Below are positions 8,693 through 19,225 of a stretch of DNA of 48,091 nt, piece after piece. The notes below the pieces were generated by a model, which ran no database searches, was not told where the DNA came from, and saw nothing but the letters and a program-made list of their open reading frames with translations. Origin of the DNA: an uncultured Bacteroidales bacterium (GTDB taxonomy: Bacteria > Bacteroidota > Bacteroidia > Bacteroidales > UBA7960). Each line of letters starts with the position of its first letter. Position 1 is the stretch's first letter. The stretch covers positions 1 through 48,091 of the forward strand of contig CAYMLS010000002.1 in assembly GCA_964390665.1 (NCBI GenBank), given 5' to 3'. Position numbers and translations under genes: made by a program.

Positions 8693-10888
8693 ATGATGCC
8701 CCGTAACATATTTCAGGCAAAAAAAATCATACCCTGCATAGCATGGATATTGGGAATTCTTGCAGGTGTGGGAATCTCTTCTGCACAAACCGGTACTGAC
8801 AAGGATAGTTTGAATGAAATTATCGAATCCCAGGATATTCCTGATACGCTTCGCTTTAATGCTCATCTCACACTGGGATGGGAGATAAAATCTGCTGATC
8901 CACAAAAGGCGCTGCACCATACCAAAGAAGCCCTTGATATTGCCCTCAAACTGGGAGATAAAAAAAGAATTGCTGATGCCACCTCCAACACCGGGGTTAT
9001 TTATTGGCAAACCGGTAATTTTGATATGGCGATGGATTATCACCTGGATGCCAACAGAATATACACCAACATACAAGATGAGGCCGGTATTGCCAAATCA
9101 TTTTCAAACATAGGGGTGATTTTTTCTGATCAAAGCCATTACGATAAAGCCTTGGAGTATTTTTTTAAAGCCCTGATCCTTCAGGAACAAAACAACAATA
9201 CCCGTGGTATGGCTGTATTGCTCAACAACATTGGTATGGTTTACGAGCATCAAAAATCCTATGAACTTGCTGAAAGATATCACCTGCGGTCATTGGAACT
9301 AAAAGAAAGTCTCAACGACCAACAGGGTATTGCTTATTCTTACAGCAATCTCGGATTGGTTTATCAGGGTCTCAAAAATTATGAAAAAGCCATGCAGTTT
9401 TTTGTTCAATCTCTTGAGATCAGAGAACAGTTGAACGATAAACGGGAAATAGCAGCATCTGCCAGAAATATCGGATACCTGCACCTGCTGGATGGAAAAT
9501 TTGATGAATCGGAGAAATTTCTTCAATACGCTCTCGATCTTTTTGAGGAAGTTGAAGATAAAAGTGGGTTGGCCATCACATGCAACTATCTCGGGCAACT
9601 TTTTCTGGAAAAAAACCAGCCTCTCACTGCCCGCGGGTTTTTCTATAAAAGTGCTGAGATTGCGGAAGAAATAGGCCTCAACAGGATGATCAACGAAAAT
9701 TACGCCAATCTCGCAGAAGTCATGGCCATGCTTAATGATTACGAAAGTGCCTTCGACTATCAAAAAAAATTCATAGCACTCAAGGATAGTTTATATGGTG
9801 AAGAAACCCGCAGGAAAATTTATGAATTGCAACTTTTGTACGACCGCGAGAAAAAAGAGAACGAAATACAAATACTGAAAAAAAACGAACAAATCAGCCA
9901 ACTGAGCACACAACGCGACAGACTGTTGAAAAATTTTCTTGTCATTGCCATTATCCTCGTTCTTGTTTCTCTGTTTTTGCTTTACAACAGGTTTCTGATT
10001 GCGCGTAATGCCAATGTTTTGCTCGAAAAACAAAAAAAAGAAATATCCGAAACCAACGCCCAACTTGTTGAACTTAATCATTCTCTTTTGGAGCAAAAGA
10101 AAATGTATGAAGACCTGAACCAGAAAATCAATCATTCCAACAAAAAATTAAAGGAATCGGAAAAAAACCTCCGGGAGATCAATGCCACGAAAGATAAATT
10201 CTTTTCGATCATTTCCCACGACCTTCGCAATCCTTTCGCTTCCATCGTGAGTTTTTCGCGCATCCTGAAAAGAGATATATTAAACATGTCTAAAGAAGAA
10301 TTGCAGCAACTTGCATTTGAACTCGATAAATCCGTATTAAAAATCGACAACCTGCTGGAGAATCTTTTACAATGGTCAAGAACCCAAACCGGTAAAATCA
10401 AATACAAACCAGAATACATCGCACTGCACGAAATCATCAAGGAAAATCTGAATCTGTTTAAAAACAACGCCCGCGATAAAGAGATCAAACTTATTGACAA
10501 GGTTGATGATAACATGGTGGTATGGGCAGATAAAAATATGGTGGATACAGTTATTCGCAACCTTCTCTCAAATGCTTTAAAATACACAAACATCAATGGT
10601 GAGATAACCATCAGCAGTTATGGAAAAGACCATAAAGCATTTGTTTCTGTTAAAGATGATGGAGTAGGTATGACAGAAGAAAACAAGAAAAAAATTTTCA
10701 GAACAGATTCATTGCATTCTACCTATGGTACGATGGAAGAAAAAGGAAGTGGTCTGGGTTTACTGCTATGCAAGGAATTTGTAGAAAAACAGGGAGGCGA
10801 GATCACTTTCGAAAGCGAATTAAACAAAGGATCGGTATTCACCTTCTCCTTACCGGTTGAACCAATGGAAGATGATGCATCCAAATGA
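8693..10888 (+). CDS. TPR-repeat sensor histidine kinase (no adjacent response regulator)
   Basis: 731 aa. It has a signal/TM segment, about 350 aa of TPR-like repeats, a TM helix (FLVIAIILVLVSLFLLY), a coiled coil, a HisKA H-box (FFSIISHDLRNP) and HATPase_c N/G boxes (NLLSNALKYT, DDGVGM, GSGLGL). Confidence 0.85.
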   Translation: MMPRNIFQAKKIIPCIAWILGILAGVGISSAQTGTDKDSLNEIIESQDIPDTLRFNAHLTLGWEIKSADPQKALHHTKEALDIALKLGDKKRIADATSNTGVIYWQTGNFDMAMDYHLDANRIYTNIQDEAGIAKSFSNIGVIFSDQSHYDKALEYFFKALILQEQNNNTRGMAVLLNNIGMVYEHQKSYELAERYHLRSLELKESLNDQQGIAYSYSNLGLVYQGLKNYEKAMQFFVQSLEIREQLNDKREIAASARNIGYLHLLDGKFDESEKFLQYALDLFEEVEDKSGLAITCNYLGQLFLEKNQPLTARGFFYKSAEIAEEIGLNRMINENYANLAEVMAMLNDYESAFDYQKKFIALKDSLYGEETRRKIYELQLLYDREKKENEIQILKKNEQISQLSTQRDRLLKNFLVIAIILVLVSLFLLYNRFLIARNANVLLEKQKKEISETNAQLVELNHSLLEQKKMYEDLNQKINHSNKKLKESEKNLREINATKDKFFSIISHDLRNPFASIVSFSRILKRDILNMSKEELQQLAFELDKSVLKIDNLLENLLQWSRTQTGKIKYKPEYIALHEIIKENLNLFKNNARDKEIKLIDKVDDNMVVWADKNMVDTVIRNLLSNALKYTNINGEITISSYGKDHKAFVSVKDDGVGMTEENKKKIFRTDSLHSTYGTMEEKGSGLGLLLCKEFVEKQGGEITFESELNKGSVFTFSLPVEPMEDDASK

Positions 10889-11066
10889 ACACAAACTAAT
10901 CGTCAACTGCCATGAACACGGTTACGGTAATGCTGATGCTGCGAACACACCTGGATTTTATATTTTTGCTTTTTCCTGATACAACCAATCATCATACCGC
11001 CTGTTTAGTGAAAATATTCAGGCAGAACATGATGGGGAAAATCTTTCTTGTTTTCGTATCAAATGA

Positions 11067-11100
11067 TTGGTTATAAATCCAAATTTTTATTGTATATTTG
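11067..11100 (+). promoter_or_regulatory. Candidate promoter for tRNA-Leu (-7 box TATATTTG)
   Basis: TATATTTG at 11093-11100 matches TAnnTTTG and lies 15 nt upstream of the tRNA 5' end. Only a weak TTG (11067-11069) is present at the -33 position. Confidence 0.4.
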
Positions 11101-11115
11101 CACTCCTCAAAAAAA

Positions 11116-11197
11116 GCGGATGTGGCGTAATTGGTAGCCGCGCCAGACTTAGGATCTGGTGCCGAGAGGCGTGGGGGTTCGAGTCCCTTCATCCGCA
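11116..11197 (+). tRNA. tRNA-Leu (anticodon TAG), type II with long variable arm
   Basis: Folded by hand: acceptor GCGGATG/CATCCGC, anticodon stem CCAGA/TCTGG with loop CTTAGGA (anticodon TAG), long variable arm, T-loop TTCGAGT, discriminator A. CCA is not encoded. Confidence 0.88.
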
Positions 11198-11214
11198 CAA
11201 ATTAAAATTATAAA

Positions 11215-11396
11215 CCAAGCATGTTTGCGAATCAAATACAAGTACCAGGCAAAACAGCAAACATGGATATCCCCGTTAGAATGGTACGAACGGGGCAGAC
11301 ATCCAACCATTTTCATCAAATTGATTTTGGATGAACCATATTTTACCCCGTAAGACAAATCAATATCACAGATTCTCACGGGGTGTTTTTGTTTGG
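11215..11396 (+). ncRNA. Candidate structured RNA / compound terminator downstream of tRNA-Leu
   Basis: Four consecutive perfect stems: CATGTTTGC/GCAAACATG (11220-11265), CCCCGTT/AACGGGG (11271-11295), CATCCAA/TTGGATG (11300-11333) and CCCCGT/ACGGGG (11346-11383). The last is followed by TGTTTTTGTTT. I recognise no RNA family here. Confidence 0.3.
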
Positions 11397-11469
11397 ATAC
11401 CAGAAAATCAACAAATTATTATATAATCTCTTATTTCTATAACATAAAACAAACCAAAAGAATCAAAAT

Positions 11470-12927
11470 ATGAATATTGTTCAGGAAAGTACTGGTGAAC
11501 TTACAGCCTTACTGAAAGTGCAGGTAGAACCCAATGATTATCAGGATATAGTAAATCAGGAACTCAAAAACCTGCAAAAAAAGGCGCAGATGCCAGGTTT
11601 CAGACCTGGTAAAGTTCCCATGGGACTGGTAAAAAAAATGTACTTCAAAAACATCATGGCCGAGCAGGTCAATAAAATACTCAACTCTTCCCTTTATGAA
11701 TATATCGAAAAGGAAAATTTAAATATTCTGGGTAACCCCCTGCCCAACACAGAAAATGACGACAAGATCGATTTTGAAAAACAAACTGAATTTGAATTTA
11801 CTTTCGACATTGGTTTATCTCCTGATATTGATCTCGAACTGAATGATGACATTGAAGTAGAGTACCACAAAATTACCGTTGATGATGAAATGCTTCAGGA
11901 AAGTATTGACACCATCAGAAAACAAAACGGAAAAATGATTGAGGTGGAAACTGTAGAAAAAGAAGATATGGTGGATGGAAAATTTGAAGAAGCAGACGGA
12001 GAAGGCAATCTGCTGGAAGACGGACTCTCCAACACTTCCACCATATCGGTGGGTTATATCAAAGATGATCAAACCAAAGAAAAATTTATAGGAGCAAAAG
12101 TGGGTGATGTGCTTGATATTGACATAGAAAAAACTTTTGAAAATGAGACTGAAATGTCGAACGTGCTCAATGTCAAAAAAGAAGAACTCGATCAATATGG
12201 CAAAAACTACCGGTTTACGATTGAAAAAATCACAAGGGTGGAAAATGCCGAACTCAACGAGGAACTTTTTGAAAAAATAGCACCCAACAAAGAGATCAGG
12301 GATGAGGATTCTTTCAGGGAGTTTATCAGAGGCGAACTGGCAAGAAATTACCAGCAGGAGGTAGATAGAAATTTTAAAAATGATGCTTCTAAAACGATCA
12401 TTGAAAAACTCGATTTAAACCTGCCCGAAGAATTTCTGAAAAGATGGATACTGGAAACCAATGCAGAAAAGGAAAATGTGAGTACAGAACAAGTTGAGAA
12501 AGATTTTGTTAACCAAAGAGATGCTTTCAAATGGCAACTCATTCAAAATCATTTGATCAAAAAATATGAAATCAAGGTACCTCAGGAAGAAGTCATGGCT
12601 TTTTTAAGACAAATGATCACCCAGCAATTCATGCAATATGGGTACAACCAGGCCCTTCCCGATGATATTATTGACAACTATGCCAAAACCATGCTCGAGA
12701 ATAAAGAGCAAATGCGCCAGGTATATGACCAGCTATACGATCTGAAAATTACAGATCTTTTTAAGGAGAAACTCAAACTCAACGAGAAAGAAATTTCTTA
12801 CAATGACTTTGTTAACGAGATGACAGAAAAGTATAAAAAACTAAATCCCGATACCGCCTCAGCAACAGATGAACCTGCTGAAAGCAAAGAAGAAACTTCC
12901 GTTGAAGAAGATAAGGACAATAATTAA
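11470..12927 (+). CDS. tig: Trigger factor
   Basis: 485 aa. The N-terminus has the GFRPGKVP ribosome-binding signature, and the gene sits in the conserved tig-clpP-clpX order. Confidence 0.9.
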   Translation: MNIVQESTGELTALLKVQVEPNDYQDIVNQELKNLQKKAQMPGFRPGKVPMGLVKKMYFKNIMAEQVNKILNSSLYEYIEKENLNILGNPLPNTENDDKIDFEKQTEFEFTFDIGLSPDIDLELNDDIEVEYHKITVDDEMLQESIDTIRKQNGKMIEVETVEKEDMVDGKFEEADGEGNLLEDGLSNTSTISVGYIKDDQTKEKFIGAKVGDVLDIDIEKTFENETEMSNVLNVKKEELDQYGKNYRFTIEKITRVENAELNEELFEKIAPNKEIRDEDSFREFIRGELARNYQQEVDRNFKNDASKTIIEKLDLNLPEEFLKRWILETNAEKENVSTEQVEKDFVNQRDAFKWQLIQNHLIKKYEIKVPQEEVMAFLRQMITQQFMQYGYNQALPDDIIDNYAKTMLENKEQMRQVYDQLYDLKITDLFKEKLKLNEKEISYNDFVNEMTEKYKKLNPDTASATDEPAESKEETSVEEDKDNN

Positions 12928-12967
12928 AGAAGAACAAAACCAATCGTAAACATAAAATTAATTATCT

Positions 12968-13651
12968 ATGATACCCAAAGATGAATTTAAAAAATTTGCT
13001 ACCGGGCACATGGGAATCAGCAGTGCAACACTGCATAATTTCACATCTGCCTATGGAAACTATATCAGCCCCACCATTATAGAGGAACGACAACTCAACA
13101 TTGCTACGATGGATGTTTTCAGTCGTTTAATGATGGACAGGATCATTTTTCTGGGAGTACCCATCAACGACTATGTAGCCAACATCATTCAGGCGCAACT
13201 GCTGTTTCTTGAATCTGTTGATTCACGCAAAGATATTCAGATATACCTGAATACACCCGGTGGATCGGTATATGCCGGTTTGGGTATATATGACACCATG
13301 CAGTTTGTTTCCCCTGATGTTGCCACCATTTGTACGGGTATGGCTGCATCCATGGGCGCCGTATTGCTTTGTGCCGGAACAAAAGGTAAAAGAACAGCCC
13401 TTAAACATTCCCGCGTACTCATCCATCAACCCATGGGGGGTGCACAGGGACAGGCAAGTGATATTGAGATCACAGCCCGTGAAATCCAGAAACTGAAAAA
13501 AGAACTTTACGACATTATTGCCTCACATTCAGGGCAGGAATATGACAAGATATGGCAGGATTCTGATCGAGACTACTGGATGGTCGCTGAAGAAGCCCTT
13601 GAATATGGAATGATCGATGAGGTTCTCAGTTCCACTAAAAAAACGAAATAA
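12968..13651 (+). CDS. clpP: ATP-dependent Clp protease proteolytic subunit
   Basis: 227 aa. ClpP motifs are present: LNTPGGSVYAGLGIYDTMQ, GMAASMGAVLL (catalytic Ser) and IHQPMGG (catalytic His). Confidence 0.95.
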   Translation: MIPKDEFKKFATGHMGISSATLHNFTSAYGNYISPTIIEERQLNIATMDVFSRLMMDRIIFLGVPINDYVANIIQAQLLFLESVDSRKDIQIYLNTPGGSVYAGLGIYDTMQFVSPDVATICTGMAASMGAVLLCAGTKGKRTALKHSRVLIHQPMGGAQGQASDIEITAREIQKLKKELYDIIASHSGQEYDKIWQDSDRDYWMVAEEALEYGMIDEVLSSTKKTK

Positions 13652-13753
13652 TCTTTGATTTAAAGAGACTGCTCCTTTGGTGTAACAGAATGATCATCAA
13701 AAAAAATCTAAACTCCAAAGGTACAGTCTCCCACTATTAATCCCATTGCTTTT

Positions 13754-15004
13754 ATGACCAAAGACATCAGGAAATGTTCTTTTTGCGGAAGAGAAGGAAA
13801 AAGTGTTGACATGCTCATTTCTGGCATTAATGCCCATATTTGCGACAGATGTGTTGAGCAGGCACAATTGATCGTTAATGAAGAAATGAAAAGTAACAAA
13901 AAGAAGAAAATTCCTTCCTTCAAACTTCTCAAACCTGGAGAAATAAAAACACATCTCGACCAATACGTGATAGGTCAGGATCAGGCAAAGAAAGTACTTT
14001 CGGTTGCCGTTTATAACCATTACAAAAGAATTTCTGTATCTGATACCCTGAAAAGTAAATACGAACAAGATGATATCGAAATAGAAAAATCAAACATTGT
14101 GCTGGTTGGAGAAACCGGAACCGGTAAAACACTGATGGCACGCACCATTGCCAGGATGCTGCAGGTACCCTTTTGCATTGCCGATGCTACTGTACTTACC
14201 GAAGCGGGTTATGTGGGGGAGGATGTGGAAAGTATCCTGTCCAGACTGCTCCAGGTTGCCGACTATGACGTTGCTGCCGCAGAACGGGGCATCATATTTA
14301 TTGACGAAGTGGATAAAATTGCACGGAAAAGCGATAATCCATCCATTACACGCGATGTTTCCGGAGAAGGTGTTCAACAGGCCTTGTTAAAGATACTGGA
14401 AGGATCTGTCATCAGTGTTCCTCCGCAGGGAGGACGAAAGCACCCCGAACAAAAAATGGTACAGATCAATACGCAAAACATTCTTTTTATTTGTGGTGGC
14501 GCCTTCGATGGTATCGAAAAGAAAATTGCCTCCCGTATTCAGGCAAATGCCATTGGTTATAATGTTGGAAAAGGTAAAAATGATGTAGACAAAGAAAACC
14601 TTTTGCAATATATCGCTCCGCAGGATTTAAAAAGCTTCGGGCTGATTCCCGAACTGGTGGGTAGAATGCCTGTACTTTCGTTCCTCAATCCCTTAGACAA
14701 AGGTGCTTTGCTTCAAATCCTAACCAAACCGAAAAATGCACTGATCAAACAATATGAAAAACTTTTTGAAATGGATGGTGCTGAAATGAAAATCGAAGAG
14801 GATGTCCTGGAGTTTATTGTAGATAAAGCCATCGAATTTAAACTCGGTGCAAGGGGATTGCGTTCAATATGCGAAGCCATCATGATGGATGCTATGTTTA
14901 ATGTACCCACTGATTCCTCTAAAGACAAAACTGTACATATTACACTTAAATATGCTCAAAATCAACTGAATGCCAAAAACATGGGACAGTTGAAAGTAGC
15001 ATGA
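13754..15004 (+). CDS. clpX: ATP-dependent Clp protease ATP-binding subunit ClpX
   Basis: 416 aa. It has an N-terminal C4 zinc finger (CSFCG...CDRC), Walker A GETGTGKT, Walker [10 protein letters not shown] and the GYVGEDVE pore loop. Confidence 0.95.
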   Translation: MTKDIRKCSFCGREGKSVDMLISGINAHICDRCVEQAQLIVNEEMKSNKKKKIPSFKLLKPGEIKTHLDQYVIGQDQAKKVLSVAVYNHYKRISVSDTLKSKYEQDDIEIEKSNIVLVGETGTGKTLMARTIARMLQVPFCIADATVLTEAGYVGEDVESILSRLLQVADYDVAAAERGIIFIDEVDKIARKSDNPSITRDVSGEGVQQALLKILEGSVISVPPQGGRKHPEQKMVQINTQNILFICGGAFDGIEKKIASRIQANAIGYNVGKGKNDVDKENLLQYIAPQDLKSFGLIPELVGRMPVLSFLNPLDKGALLQILTKPKNALIKQYEKLFEMDGAEMKIEEDVLEFIVDKAIEFKLGARGLRSICEAIMMDAMFNVPTDSSKDKTVHITLKYAQNQLNAKNMGQLKVA

Positions 15005-15040
15005 TCATTTTTGTTTGAAAAAAAATCTGAATTTGAACTT

Positions 15041-15072
15041 AAAAGCACCTGGTTTTTCAGGTGCTTTTTTTA
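15041..15072 (+). terminator. Rho-independent terminator after clpX
   Basis: 8-bp stem AGCACCTG/CAGGTGCT (15044-15051 / 15058-15065), 6-nt loop, then TTTTTTTATTTT. It starts 37 nt after the clpX stop. Confidence 0.75.
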
Positions 15073-15186
15073 TTTTGGCTTATAATTTGTGTATATACCC
15101 TTTTGCAGAAACAAAATATTTAATTCCGGAGAACGTTTTTTTAATTGCGGCATTTGTTTAGAGTTCTGCTGCACTTTATAAAAAGT

Positions 15187-15801
15187 ATGAATATGAGGTT
15201 CTTCTTTTCACCATATTTGCTGAGTTTCATCTTTTTGCTGTTACTTTGGCTTTCAGCGGAAGAATCCTTCGCCCAAAACGAAAGTGGAGGACAAACAACG
15301 CGTGCAGTTGTTTATAAAGGAGACACCATTCCATACATAGAACTGAATCCCATACCTTTTGTAGCACCTAAATTTTTCAAAAACAAAAGAGAGAAAAGAA
15401 GGTATACCCGGTTGGTTTACAACATCAAAAAAGTATACCCTTATGCACGGCTTGCAGGATTAAAATACAGGCAATACAGTGAAGAATTATCTGAAATTGA
15501 GGGTGAATCCGAGCGCAAAAAAATGACCAAACAAATTGAACAGGAGATTAAAGACCAGTTCGAGGATGATCTGAAAAAACTCACTTTCAGTCAGGGGCAC
15601 ATCCTGATCAAACTCATCGACAGGGAAACACAACATAGCTCCTATGATCTGCTGAAAGATTTCAGGGGTATTTTTACCGCTGTTTTCTGGCAGTCATTTG
15701 GTCGTATTTTCGGGTATAATTTAAAAACCAAATACGATCCGGACGGAGAAGACAAGAAAATTGAGGAAGTGGTGCTGCTGATTGAAAGGGGATTGTTGTA
15801 A
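15187..15801 (+). CDS. Secreted hypothetical protein (possibly DUF4294-like)
   Basis: The track ORF starts at a TTG (15145). ATG 15187 gives MNMRFFFSPYLLSFIFLLLLWLSAEESFAQ, a clean signal peptide. The body is a basic KR-rich helical protein. The family assignment is from memory only. Confidence 0.45.
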   Translation: MNMRFFFSPYLLSFIFLLLLWLSAEESFAQNESGGQTTRAVVYKGDTIPYIELNPIPFVAPKFFKNKREKRRYTRLVYNIKKVYPYARLAGLKYRQYSEELSEIEGESERKKMTKQIEQEIKDQFEDDLKKLTFSQGHILIKLIDRETQHSSYDLLKDFRGIFTAVFWQSFGRIFGYNLKTKYDPDGEDKKIEEVVLLIERGLL

Positions 15802-16066
15802 ACAAACAAATAATAAGCGGGGTAGTGGTATTCGGTATTGACCAGAAAAGGGTTATTGGGTGGTTATTTTTATAGCCATTAAATGGTCAATAAGTGGTCA
15901 ATAAGTGGTCATTCCGACTTTGTTTTGAAAACGCAGCGTGATGACAGCAAAACGCAAAAAATTTTTCCGATCTAATAAAACGAAAGAAGTATCCCCTACC
16001 CGATCGTTTGCATTTTTGCAGAAAAAGACAAAGCATCTTAGCCCGATAAAAAAATCTGATTGATTT

Positions 16067-17494
16067 CTATTTTCCCCTTCCCTGGATGATGATGATAACG
16101 GTGTGAATAAGAATTTTAAAATCTACCGCCAAAGACATGTTTTCAAGATACAGCAGGTCATACTTAAGGCGTTGAATCATTTCCACAACATTTTCAGCAT
16201 AACCAAATTTCACCTGCCCCCAGGAGGTGATGCCGGGTTTTATCTTTTGAAGCAGTTTATAATGGGGTGCTTTTTGTGTGATCAGGTTAATAAAATACTC
16301 TCTTTCGGGACGCGGTCCGACAAGAGACATGTTTCCTATCAAAACATTATAAAACTGAGGTATTTCATCAAGTCTGACTTTCCTCATAAAAAGGCCGAAA
16401 GGGGTGATCCGGGGATCATTTTCACAGCTCAACTGCGGACCATTTTTCTCAGCATCCATATACATCGACCGAAACTTATGCATATAAAAAGGTTTTCCGT
16501 TGATACCAATGCGTTGGTGCGAATAAAAAACCGGTCCTTTGGAAGACATCTTTACACCAATGGCTGTAATCAAAAAAACAGGAGAAAGCACGATCAAAGC
16601 CATCACAGAAACTACTACATCCAGAAATCTTTTGATATAGGCCTGCCAGGTGGGCATCAAACCTTGCTGTATCTGAATAAGAGGCGCATCAAATATGGAA
16701 GTCATTTTTACCGACCCCAGCAATATATCATGCATATCGGGAATAATTTTTATGATGGCATTGGTCTGATACAATTCCGCTAATATTTTACCTATATTTT
16801 TATGTTCTTTGGGTTCCAGGGCAATGATCACATCTTCTACATCATGCTCTTCAACAATTGATTTCAGATCTTTAAACCATCCTAAACGTGGCAGATGGTC
16901 TTCCATCAGATAACTGTCAAACAAGTTTACATTTACAAATCCAATAAATTTATTGCCTGAAGATTTACGCTGAGATTCCATTTCACTATACAAACCAAAG
17001 GCCTTTCGCTGACTACCAACGATCAGGGTATTAAAACCAATAATGCGGTTATGTATTTTATGGGTTAGGATGGATGATAAAATGAAGCGGAATACGGCAG
17101 TAAAAGACAAATGAAATACAAACAACAACCCAAAGGAACGATAATATTCCGTGCTGGTTGTTACCCGGTCATCACCAAGTAAAACAACAAAGAATATGAT
17201 CAGTACCCCGATAGTTGTTATAAACAGGGTTTGCCCAAACTCGTTTAACCTAGATCTTCTCAAAACTTTCTTATAACTTCCGCTTAGTGTATATAATAAA
17301 ATCCAGAAAAAAGGTATGATGATAGTACCCAGCAACAAATTCTGATCAATAAATATTTCATTGGTAATATGACTAAACCTGCCATTGTGCGTCGTTTGCC
17401 TGTAAACGATAAACAAAAACCAGGAAAAGAAAGCGGAAAAAAAGTCTGCTGTCAGGTATTTTAGTAACTGAATCCGATGTAATCGTTTGTTCAC
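16067..17494 (-). CDS. Polyprenyl-phosphate glycosyl-1-phosphate transferase (WbaP/exopolysaccharide initiating sugar transferase family)
   Basis: 475 aa. It has N-terminal multi-TM segments and a C-terminal Bac_transf domain with FYMHKFRSM, DEIPQFYNVLIGNMSLVGPRPE and KPGITSWGQV. Confidence 0.85.
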   Translation of the reverse strand: MNKRLHRIQLLKYLTADFFSAFFSWFLFIVYRQTTHNGRFSHITNEIFIDQNLLLGTIIIPFFWILLYTLSGSYKKVLRRSRLNEFGQTLFITTIGVLIIFFVVLLGDDRVTTSTEYYRSFGLLFVFHLSFTAVFRFILSSILTHKIHNRIIGFNTLIVGSQRKAFGLYSEMESQRKSSGNKFIGFVNVNLFDSYLMEDHLPRLGWFKDLKSIVEEHDVEDVIIALEPKEHKNIGKILAELYQTNAIIKIIPDMHDILLGSVKMTSIFDAPLIQIQQGLMPTWQAYIKRFLDVVVSVMALIVLSPVFLITAIGVKMSSKGPVFYSHQRIGINGKPFYMHKFRSMYMDAEKNGPQLSCENDPRITPFGLFMRKVRLDEIPQFYNVLIGNMSLVGPRPEREYFINLITQKAPHYKLLQKIKPGITSWGQVKFGYAENVVEMIQRLKYDLLYLENMSLAVDFKILIHTVIIIIQGRGK

Positions 17495-17758
17495 GCTGTT
17501 TCTTTTTGTAAAGGTTATATTTTGCTAATCAATGGCATAAAAACCACTTTTAATAAAATATTTTAATCGGCCAGGTTATTATTTTAACCAAACGTAAAAA
17601 TGAATCTAAAAGTATAAGAAGAGATCATTTTTTTTAAAGTTTTTCCATCATCGTTTTTTTTATGTATCTGAAATTTGATCAAAGTGTTCAGATGCCCCTG
17701 AAAACATTGGTACTGGAAGTTTTGGAGACTCCAGGATTTAATCATTTGCTGGTATTTG

Positions 17759-17912
17759 ATAAACCGAGCATGACAAAAATTTTTGACACACACGCGCATG
17801 ATTATAACTCGCGGCATGGCAAAACATGCAGTCAGAGTGCTAGCGAGCTCTCTCGTCGGAAAAAACGAGACAGGCATCTGGCAGACTTAGTCAAATCATA
17901 AACAGATGAAAA
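17759..17912 (+). repeat. Family-1 intergenic element, copy B
   Basis: It reads AAACCGAGCATGACAAAAATTTTTGACACACACGCGCATGATTATAACTCGCGGCATGGCAAAACATGCAGTCAG...hairpin TCTCGTC/GACGAGA...CATAAACAGATGAAAA. Confidence 0.85.
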
Positions 17913-17997
17913 ACAGGTATTTACTTTTGGCAATCGACTATTTTGAGGGCGAGCCCCAAGGCAGCAATTGGCGTTTTCCTGCAAGCACTTTGGAATC

Positions 17998-18966
17998 CTA
18001 TTGACCAATTTTTTCCATGATCTTGTAAGCCAGATCAAGTGAATTGTAACCGTCTTCAATACTTACCAAAGGATCGGTATCATTTACAATAGAATCGTAG
18101 AAAGTTTCCAACTCGGTTTTGATGGCGTTGATGGGCTTTATTTCGGGTTTTTCGATCAGAATTTCCTTTGATGGTTTTCCTTCTCCCAGGTTCAGAACCA
18201 TGGAAAAAGGCCCGGGATCTTCCGGTGCATCTTTCATTCTAATGATCTCGCTTTCCTTGGTAAGAAAATCCACGGCGATATAGCTATCTTTTTGAAAAAA
18301 CCGCGACTTTCTCATATTTTTCATGGATATTCTGCTGGCAGTAAGATTGGCAACACATCCATTGTTGAATTCAATCCTGGCATTGGCAATATCAGGACTA
18401 TCAGAAACGACGGAAACCCCGCTTGCATGAATCCTTTTAATAGGTGATTTGATAACACTGAGAACAATATCAATATCGTGAATCATCAGATCAAGAATAA
18501 CGGGTACATCCGTTCCCCTCGGATTAAATTGTGCCAGTCTGTGTGTTTCAACAAACATCGGATGATCAAAAAACGGCAAAGTGGCTAAAAAGGCCGGATT
18601 AAATCTTTCCACATGCCCGACCTGAACCTTTACATTGGCCTCCTTGGCAAGATCTATTAAATTTCGCGCCTCCGAAACAGATGTAGTAAGTGGTTTTTCA
18701 ATAAAAACGTGCTTAAAACTGCGAAGTGCTTCTGATGCATTGTCAAAATGAGACAAAGTTGGGGTTACAATATCAACAATATCAGCGGTATTGATAAGAT
18801 CATGGGCACTTTTAAATCTTCTGATCCCATAATTTTTTTCTACATCTTCTGCTGTTTTCTCATCAGGATCATAAAACCCAACACATTCAAGCAATTCAGA
18901 TTCTTTTATACATTTTATATGTATTTTGCCGAGATGACCGGCTCCCAGTACACCAATTTTATTCAC
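17998..18966 (-). CDS. Gfo/Idh/MocA family NAD(P)-dependent oxidoreductase
   Basis: 322 aa. It has an N-terminal Rossmann motif IGVLGAGHLGKIH, an EKPL motif (FIEKPLT), and typical length. Confidence 0.8.
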   Translation of the reverse strand: MNKIGVLGAGHLGKIHIKCIKESELLECVGFYDPDEKTAEDVEKNYGIRRFKSAHDLINTADIVDIVTPTLSHFDNASEALRSFKHVFIEKPLTTSVSEARNLIDLAKEANVKVQVGHVERFNPAFLATLPFFDHPMFVETHRLAQFNPRGTDVPVILDLMIHDIDIVLSVIKSPIKRIHASGVSVVSDSPDIANARIEFNNGCVANLTASRISMKNMRKSRFFQKDSYIAVDFLTKESEIIRMKDAPEDPGPFSMVLNLGEGKPSKEILIEKPEIKPINAIKTELETFYDSIVNDTDPLVSIEDGYNSLDLAYKIMEKIGQ

Positions 18967-19225
18967 TTTTATTTGTTTTTGATGAATAGTTCTATTGAAT
19001 TTGTTTTGATAACAGGGGCAAAAGTAAAGTTTTTAAATAATCAGATGTACATTTTTTTTGGAAGAGTATTCAACTTTGACTTACAATAATCAGCAATTAT
19101 TTAATAATCAAAATCTTCAGAAACTCAACAATCTATTCATCAGGTTCAGAAATTCATTCAGGCAATGATGAAAGGATCAGAAAAAAGAGAGAAAATGACA
19201 AAGGATCATTCAAATACAAAGTCAC

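Noticed and set aside
10992-11379. ORFs 10992..11198, 11149..11379 and 11159..11353 overlapping the tRNA region.
   Set aside because: They overlap a well-folded tRNA-Leu and the hairpin-rich segment after it. There is no coding signal.
15883-15915. Possible CRISPR array or minisatellite.
   Set aside because: There are only 2.7 copies of an 11-nt unit with no spacers. No CRISPR-like repeat-spacer array exists anywhere in the window.
17584-17901. ORFs 17584..17877 (-) and 17662..17901 (+), and likewise 19154..19387 and 29159..29365 / 29223..29444. They share peptide fragments such as MVKHAVSVLA.
   Set aside because: The shared peptides come from the conserved nucleotides of family-1 repeat copies. 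Indels shift the frame between copies and copy A has an early stop, so the conservation is not protein-coding.
17906-18004. 32-codon ORF (MKNRYLLLAIDYFEGEPQGSNWRFPASTLESY) starting at the ATG at the end of family-1 copy B.
   Set aside because: It is very short, has no counterpart after the other copies, and runs into the 3' end of the convergent oxidoreductase gene. The ATG is simply the element terminus variant ATGAAAA. I keep it only as a note.
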